From positions 1-36,482 of IMG/VR virus record IMGVR_UViG_3300000970_000005: a stretch of 36,482 nt of DNA. One strand, written 5' to 3'. The translations under genes and the position numbers were made by a program. The notes below the pieces were generated by a model that ran no database searches, was not told the origin of the DNA, and saw only the letters and a program-made list of their open reading frames with translations. This document shows, in pieces, positions 31,111 to 36,482 of this stretch; position 1 is the first letter of the stretch, and every line of letters begins with the position of its first letter. This DNA is from a virus.

Positions 31111-32097
31111 ATGAACATCAATGACTTCCTTATGAAGTATCGTCGTCCTTTGTGGGATGGCGAAGGTGAAGGCGGCTCAAATGCGGCGGCTGGATCAGGC
31201 GGTGATGATGATAACGGTGAAAAGGGTGGCGAAGGCGGCGAAGGTGACAAGTCCGGTTCGCGCAATCTTGGCCTTCTTGATCGTGGCAAGTCTGACGAAG
31301 GCAAAGGCGAAAAATCAGGTGAAGGGGAAGGTGAAAAAAACGGGGAAGGTAAAGGCGATCCTGTCCGACCGGAACACATCCCGGAAAAGTTTTGGGACAC
31401 CAAGAAAGGGGAAGTGAACACTGAAGCCATGGTGAAGGCTTATGGTGATCTTGAAAAGGCTCACGGTGAACTGAAACGCGGCGGAAAGGACGTTCCGAAA
31501 ACGGCGGAAGAATACTTTCCAGATGGTATTGATCTTCCCGATGAAGTTGATCGTCTATCCATTGATGGTCCAGACGATCCCGGATTGAAGGCTTGGGGTG
31601 AAATCTGTCACAAGTATGGATTGGGCAAAGAAATGGCGACAAACCTTGCCCGTGATATGTTCGTTATGATGAACCAATATGCGCCGGAAGCGGTGGATCA
31701 GGACGCGGAATTTGATGCACTTGGCAAAGGCGCGCAAGCGCTGATTGACGGAACGCTTGTTTGGGTGAACGGTCTTGAACAGTCTGGCAAGTTGTCAGGT
31801 GATGACATGGATGTTGTGAGTGAACTTGCGCAAACAGCCAATGGAATTCGGTTCCTTGCGAATATCCGGGAAGCCTCTGGTGAAGAACGTATTCCGATCA
31901 TCCCATCAACAGGCGAAAAAACCATGACTTCAAATCAATGGCATGACGCCATGAAAAGTGCGGTCAAGGCGAATGATTATGCTGAACAAGAGCGATTGGA
32001 AGAGTTGGGGAAAACTATCAACGGTCTTGATCCATCCAGCGGCGGACGCCAAGGCGGCGTGAATGCTGAATTGACAGGTCGCAAACGTTCCGGTTAA
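31111..32097 (+). CDS. Scaffolding (capsid assembly) protein
   Basis: The ATG at 31111 follows the terminator and an AAGGA. The N-terminus is a low-complexity G/E/K tract, followed by PEKFWD...GEVNTEAMVKAYGDLEKAH, typical of podovirus scaffolds. It sits immediately upstream of the capsid gene. Confidence 0.65.
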   Translation: MNINDFLMKYRRPLWDGEGEGGSNAAAGSGGDDDNGEKGGEGGEGDKSGSRNLGLLDRGKSDEGKGEKSGEGEGEKNGEGKGDPVRPEHIPEKFWDTKKGEVNTEAMVKAYGDLEKAHGELKRGGKDVPKTAEEYFPDGIDLPDEVDRLSIDGPDDPGLKAWGEICHKYGLGKEMATNLARDMFVMMNQYAPEAVDQDAEFDALGKGAQALIDGTLVWVNGLEQSGKLSGDDMDVVSELAQTANGIRFLANIREASGEERIPIIPSTGEKTMTSNQWHDAMKSAVKANDYAEQERLEELGKTINGLDPSSGGRQGGVNAELTGRKRSG

Positions 32098-32132
32098 AAA
32101 GAAACCTCACACACTGATAGCCACTCACTAGG

Positions 32133-32176
32133 GAACCGTCCATGATTTTCAGTTCATGGGCGGTTCTTTTGTGTTT
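32133..32176 (+). terminator. Strong rho-independent terminator
   Basis: A 13-bp stem pairs 32133-32145 with 32154-32166 (one G-U pair), with an 8-nt loop followed by TTTTGTGTTT. Confidence 0.75.
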
Positions 32177-32204
32177 GACAGGATCGTAAAAACGGCCGTA
32201 TCTA
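32175..32204 (+). promoter_or_regulatory. Sigma70-like promoter candidate TTGACA-N18-TATCTA in front of the capsid gene
   Basis: The -35 TTGACA is at 32175-32180 and the -10 TATCTA at 32199-32204. The -10 hexamer is the same as in the leftward early promoter candidate. A leader of about 140 nt follows, with an 8-bp stem (32215-32222 / 32238-32245). Confidence 0.5.
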
Positions 32205-32350
32205 TTAAAGCCATGTTCGCCGCTTAATCTTCGGACCCGGCGAACCCGTTGACAGCGGCCCGAAATACACAGGGAACTTAACCGTTTGGCCTTCCCACTT
32301 CCGTGTTTCGCTTAACCGTGAAATCCATGAACACAGAAGGGAAAATCCGA

Positions 32351-33196
32351 ATGTCTCGGAATTTGACAACTAACGAACAAGCCTCTTTCGATGCCCGTGT
32401 TAAAGCGGCATATGAAAGCGGTATGACGCTGCGATCAACGGTTGAAATTGCTGACAATATCGTTGGTTCAACGCACCGCTTCCACAAGATCGGCAAGGGT
32501 ATGGCAACCCGGCGCATTGACCAAACCGATGTGATCCCTATGAACATCGTGCATGGCAATGCAACCGCCACTTTGGAAGACTGGAATGCGGCGGAATATA
32601 CAGGCATTTTTAACCAGCAAAAGGTTCCTTACAAGGAACAAGACAAGCTGGCGACAACCATTGCCATGGCTATCGGACGCCGGGAAGATCAGTTGATCAT
32701 TGACGCGCTTGACGCGGCGGCAACAACGCTTGTTGTTGACACCGATGTTGGTGGTGTGAACTCTGGTTTGAATACTGCAAAATGCCGTCGCACACGTCGC
32801 CTGATGAATGAACAAGCGGTTCCAAAAGGCAAAGGGGATCGTTGCTTTGTGATTTCATCTGAAGGAATGGAACAGCTTCTTGGCGACAGTGACGCAAACA
32901 CGGTGGACAAGAACACCATTAAGGCGCTGTATGATGGCGAGATCGCCCATTGGGTTGGCTTTGATTTCATCGAAATGGACGAACGTGATGAAGGTGGTCT
33001 TCCCAAGGCTGGCAATGACCGCACTAACTTCGCATATCACAAGGCGTCAACCGGGCTTGCTGTTGGGATCAACATGCGAACTGAGGTCAATTACATTCCG
33101 GTGAAAACGTCCTACCTTGCGAACGGTATCTTCAGCGCTGGTTCGGTGGCGATTGATGCGCTTGGCATTGCGGAAATCACCACCACAGAAGTTTAA
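32351..33196 (+). CDS. Major capsid protein (T7 gp10-like, HK97 fold)
   Basis: The ATG at 32351 has AAGGGA upstream. The pattern F..RVKAAY..G..LR..V....G.THRFHKIGKG.A.......D........ATL.DW.A......Q.V.Y...DKLATTIAMAIGRREDQLIIDAL parallels T7 gp10. It follows the scaffold gene. Confidence 0.8.
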   Translation: MSRNLTTNEQASFDARVKAAYESGMTLRSTVEIADNIVGSTHRFHKIGKGMATRRIDQTDVIPMNIVHGNATATLEDWNAAEYTGIFNQQKVPYKEQDKLATTIAMAIGRREDQLIIDALDAAATTLVVDTDVGGVNSGLNTAKCRRTRRLMNEQAVPKGKGDRCFVISSEGMEQLLGDSDANTVDKNTIKALYDGEIAHWVGFDFIEMDERDEGGLPKAGNDRTNFAYHKASTGLAVGINMRTEVNYIPVKTSYLANGIFSAGSVAIDALGIAEITTTEV

Positions 33197-33256
33197 GTTC
33201 ACATCAAGGCGGCACGGATCGCCTTGACCAAAAAACCATGAAGCGAGGTCATTAAC

Positions 33257-33505
33257 ATGGCATTTTCAAAGACCCATCTGGACCCTACAGGATCGGGTTC
33301 AAAAGGCGCGGGTGCGCGTGCGATCTATTCCACATCGACGGACAACAAGGCTACCGTCAAGGGCGCTGGATATTTCAACACGGCCGCGAACGAACTGATG
33401 AACGTCAAAGCGATGTTGATTATTTCGACAGACGCAACGTTTGAAGCAAAGGTCACAGTTGCATCTGGCGTCGTCACCTTGGCCGCTCTGGACGGGTTCG
33501 CATAA
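33257..33505 (+). CDS. Small capsid-module protein (82 aa), a possible decoration or head accessory
   Basis: The ORF sits directly after the capsid gene. The segment YSTSTDNKATVKGAGYFNTAANEL...LIIS resembles a common small phage family of unknown role. Confidence 0.5.
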   Translation: MAFSKTHLDPTGSGSKGAGARAIYSTSTDNKATVKGAGYFNTAANELMNVKAMLIISTDATFEAKVTVASGVVTLAALDGFA

Positions 33506-33590
33506 GTTCTCCCCTTTGTTGCTGAGGGGTGAAGCCGGGGGCGGTGCGAGGTTTATCCTTGCCCGTCCCTTTTTTCTTGAAGGATGAAAA

Positions 33591-34211
33591 ATGTCTGAAA
33601 CTGCAATTTCAATTTGTGCGCGCTCACTTGTTCTTCTTGGGGCTAATCCGATATCTTCTTTTGAAGCGTCGGAAGGTGATGGCGCGGTCATCTGTTCCAA
33701 TGTGTATCCGGGCTTGAAGCGCGGGATGATGTCGCGCCACCCGTGGCGGTTTCTGATGCGCAAAAAGGAATTGACCAAAGACAGTGATGACCCGGTTGGC
33801 GAATGGGACAATTCTTTCATTTTGCCGGGTGATGCTATGGATGGAATTCACGCGGTTTTCAGAAGCGATCAAGACAAGAAGCCTCACACAAGTTTTGAAA
33901 TTTTCGAACGCCGCCTTCTGACAAATGAACAGCGCGCTGTTGTTGATTACAAGGTGGAAAAGAGTGAAGCGTTTTGGCCCGTCTACTTTGTGGAATTGAT
34001 GGTTGCCGCGTTGTGTGCGGAAATAGCCTTTGTGGTAACGGATCAAAACAACGTTGCTTCAGAGTGGAACCTGAAAGCCTATGGCCCGGCATACATGGAA
34101 GGCGAAGGCGGGTTGATGGGTATTGCCAAGACTTCAGACAGCATGGGTAACCAGAACAATGAACTGGACGCTTACGCTTTTATTGATGCACGCTTTGGGG
34201 TTTCCTACTGA
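33591..34211 (+). CDS. Tail tubular protein A / adaptor (T7 gp11-like)
   Basis: AAGGA lies 6 nt upstream. The N-terminus ICARSLVLLGANPISSFEASEGDGAVICSNVYPGLKRGMMSRHPWRF parallels T7 gp11 ([45 protein letters not shown]). Confidence 0.7.
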   Translation: MSETAISICARSLVLLGANPISSFEASEGDGAVICSNVYPGLKRGMMSRHPWRFLMRKKELTKDSDDPVGEWDNSFILPGDAMDGIHAVFRSDQDKKPHTSFEIFERRLLTNEQRAVVDYKVEKSEAFWPVYFVELMVAALCAEIAFVVTDQNNVASEWNLKAYGPAYMEGEGGLMGIAKTSDSMGNQNNELDAYAFIDARFGVSY

Positions 34212-36382
34212 TGCCACGCGCAAGACTTCTTTCCACAAATTTCACCGCCGGGGAATTTGATCCGAGATTGATCGGCCGTTCGGACATCAAGTTCTATTTC
34301 AACGCCGGGGAAATTGTCCGAAATGTGATTATTGTCCCGCAAGGCGGCGCGGAAATTCGTCCGGGTTCCCGTTATACATGGACAGTTCCAGATATCCCAG
34401 AGGTTGATGGCGGTGGGATTTCAAACATCCGCCTTGCTGAATTCCAATTTAACACGGAACAAACCTATTTGATCGCATTCCATCACAAGACCATCACGAT
34501 CTTCCGGGAAGGTTCTGTTGTTGCAAGTGTGGTTTCTCCATATTCATCGGCTGATCTTGTGGCGGCTGAAACAGAAGGCGGTGATCTGGTTTCATCGGGT
34601 ATCTATTGGACGCAATCCAAAGACACCATGATCATTTTTCATGAAGGGTATCCGATCAAGAAATTGGTTCGGCAAGGGTCACATAGTTCATGGGCAATCA
34701 GTAACTTTGAACTATCCAATGTTCCGCGTTTTGATTTCGGGGAAGTCTACACAGACCCGGACGAAATCGGGATTGATGAAGTTCATGAAATCGAATTTCC
34801 GAACCCCGGATCGCAGGGGAATTGGGTAGAAGGCGACACGTTCACATTGATCGTGGAAGATGAAGAAAGCGAAAACATCCGCTTTTTGTCGAATGCTGAT
34901 GCACTGGCGGCGTCACTGCAAAGTGAATTGCGCGCGATGAAAAACACATCTGGTGATGGGATCACGGTCACACATGATGGCGATGGAAGTTCATCAACAG
35001 TTGATGTGACGTTCACAGTCACGTTCACCGGGGCAGATGGTCAACGCCCATGGGGAACTATCTTCAATAGGGTCGTATCATCGCAGCAAGTCCCATCCAT
35101 AGACACCTTCATCACAACGCGCGGCCGCTTGCCGGGCGAACTGGTTTGGAGTGATGCGCGTGGCTATCCCCGGTGCGGTGCATTCTTCCAAGGTCGCTTG
35201 TGGGTGGCTGGAACGCCATCCTTGCCGCATTGGGTGTGGTCGTCACGTGTCGCGGCAGAAGGGGATTTCAACACCGAATTGTTCTCTGATGATTATGGGA
35301 TCGCGGTGCAAGCTGACACAACCGATGTCCCGGCGTTCACGGCAATCTTTCCGGGGCGTCATCTTCAGGTGTTTTCACGATCCGGTGAATTCTACATCCC
35401 GGCTTCTGAGGGTAGTGCAGTTACCCCGGCGAACGTGTCATTGCGGCGCACCACATCACGCGGTTGCAAGCCCGGCTTGCGGGTCTTTGATGTGGATGGC
35501 GGAACTCATTTCGTGCAACGCAAGGGGAACGCCTTGCGCGAATTAATCTTCGCTGATGTGGAGCAGGCTTATCAAGCCACGAACCTATCACTTCTTTCAT
35601 CGCATCTCATGCGCGATCCTGTTGATTTTGCGGTTCGGAAATCAACATCAACAACAGATGCGGATTATGAATTCTTCCCGAATTCAGATGGAACGCTTGC
35701 TGTATTCTGCACATTGCGAACGCAGGAAGTGAACGCAATGACACTTTGGAAAACAGAAGGTGATTATGTCGCGGTTGGTGTTGCCTTGGATGAAGTATTC
35801 TTTGCAGTAAAGCGGAACATTGATGGCGTTGATCGCTTATTCATCGAACAAATGGACCGTGAATTGACAGTTGATTGTGCCTTGTCTGGTGATGATGACG
35901 TATCCATCTCATTGCAGCACCTTCCCAATACAGACATAGAACACATTCTTGATGGATCAATTCAGCAAAAAATCACATCAGACGCATCCGGCAACCTTAC
36001 TTTTGCGCGTCCATCAATAACGAATTGGTCTGCTGGAATTCGTTTCAAAGCGCCGCATGATGATCATCCTGAATTGATCTGGATAGTGAAGACATTGCCA
36101 GTAGAAATTCAACTTCCAGAAGGCGCCACGCTTGGACGTAAAAGACGTATCGTCAACATATCGGTTCGATTGCGCGAAACATCAGCATTGACGTTAAATC
36201 AATCTGTGATCCCTTTTCAATCTTTTGGTTCTGGATTGCTGGATCAGACAATTGAACCATTCACAGGTGTGAAGCATATCCGGGGATTGTTGGGTTGGGA
36301 CTATGAAGGGTGTATAACCATCGGAAGTCCAACGTCACTTCGCGGCGAAATCTTAGGTCTTTCATATGGGGTAAGTGTATAA
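34211..36382 (+). CDS. Tail tubular protein B / nozzle (gp12-like by size and position)
   Basis: TGATG overlap with tubular A. At 723 aa it is beta-rich. The N-terminus is L.T.FTAGEFDPRL.GR.D...Y..G......N....PQGG...RPG. Confidence 0.65.
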   Translation: MPRARLLSTNFTAGEFDPRLIGRSDIKFYFNAGEIVRNVIIVPQGGAEIRPGSRYTWTVPDIPEVDGGGISNIRLAEFQFNTEQTYLIAFHHKTITIFREGSVVASVVSPYSSADLVAAETEGGDLVSSGIYWTQSKDTMIIFHEGYPIKKLVRQGSHSSWAISNFELSNVPRFDFGEVYTDPDEIGIDEVHEIEFPNPGSQGNWVEGDTFTLIVEDEESENIRFLSNADALAASLQSELRAMKNTSGDGITVTHDGDGSSSTVDVTFTVTFTGADGQRPWGTIFNRVVSSQQVPSIDTFITTRGRLPGELVWSDARGYPRCGAFFQGRLWVAGTPSLPHWVWSSRVAAEGDFNTELFSDDYGIAVQADTTDVPAFTAIFPGRHLQVFSRSGEFYIPASEGSAVTPANVSLRRTTSRGCKPGLRVFDVDGGTHFVQRKGNALRELIFADVEQAYQATNLSLLSSHLMRDPVDFAVRKSTSTTDADYEFFPNSDGTLAVFCTLRTQEVNAMTLWKTEGDYVAVGVALDEVFFAVKRNIDGVDRLFIEQMDRELTVDCALSGDDDVSISLQHLPNTDIEHILDGSIQQKITSDASGNLTFARPSITNWSAGIRFKAPHDDHPELIWIVKTLPVEIQLPEGATLGRKRRIVNISVRLRETSALTLNQSVIPFQSFGSGLLDQTIEPFTGVKHIRGLLGWDYEGCITIGSPTSLRGEILGLSYGVSV

Positions 36383-36383
36383 A

Positions 36384-36482
36384 ATGGCAACATTATTCAC
36401 AACAATGATTGCGACATTGAAAGGCGGCGCGGCGGCTGGTGCGGCGGCTGGTGCTGGTTCTGGTGCGGCGGCTGGTGCTGGT
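36384..36482 (+). CDS. N-terminal part of the junction-spanning internal virion protein, continuing at position 3 (or at 48 once the overlap is removed)
   Basis: The ATG at 36384 lies 1 nt after the tubular B stop. The product begins MATLFTTMIATLKGGAAAGAAAGAGSGAAAGAG, and the frame is continuous with 3..482. Confidence 0.6.
   Translation, partial: MATLFTTMIATLKGGAAAGAAAGAGSGAAAGAG

Noticed and set aside
31101-31642. Minus-strand ORFs 31101..31430 and 31130..31642 across the scaffold gene
   Set aside because: These are open antisense frames created by the low-complexity GGn/GAA repeat region of the scaffold N-terminus. Their Pro/Ser/His-rich products are implausible.
33299-33820. 173-aa minus-strand ORF spanning the small capsid-module gene, the intergenic gap and the start of tubular A
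   Set aside because: It crosses an intergenic region with an RBS for the plus-strand gene and is antisense to two well-supported structural genes.

Overview
The window is a complete, circularly closed phage genome. Its first 47 nt are identical to its last 47 nt, giving a unit length of about 36,435 bp, and the junction lies inside an open reading frame. Gene order is that of a T7-type podovirus structural module: portal, scaffold, major capsid, tail tubular A and B, three internal virion proteins (one with an LAS/M15 peptidase motif), and a tail fiber with a T7-like N-terminus. No RNA polymerase, DNA polymerase or integrase is recognisable. After the tail fiber comes a translationally coupled lysis cassette of an Amidase_3-like endolysin with a hydrophobic C-terminal tail, an overlapping i-/o-spanin pair and a membrane protein. 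A leftward early operon (10.6-13.9 kb) encodes a YqaJ-type exonuclease, a putative OB-fold partner, a LexA-DNA-binding-domain-only protein and small zinc-finger or unknown proteins. A rightward early operon (14.0-21.8 kb) encodes a zinc ribbon, an RHH protein, DUF1064, a GapR/DUF2312-like protein, a DUF1376 replication protein, a secreted protein with a VPxP-CTERM-like tail, a PAPS-reductase-family protein and a Lar-like protein. Two more fiber/spike-like genes and terL follow. Several families (GapR-like, DUF1376, VPxP-CTERM-like) suggest an alphaproteobacterial host, possibly Rhodobacterales-like. The most unusual signal is a composite cis-element present twice, once inside the DUF1376 replication gene (about 16482-16602) and once in the non-coding gap after terL (27431-27674). 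Each copy has TGATCATCA 9-mers phased at exactly 22 bp, then CCGTATACA, then ATACAGACA-type tandem iterons, then a G5-6TGTG5-6 block. A second dense cluster of palindromes and tandem repeats lies at 14519-14659. All protein family calls come from motif recognition by eye, not from database searches.
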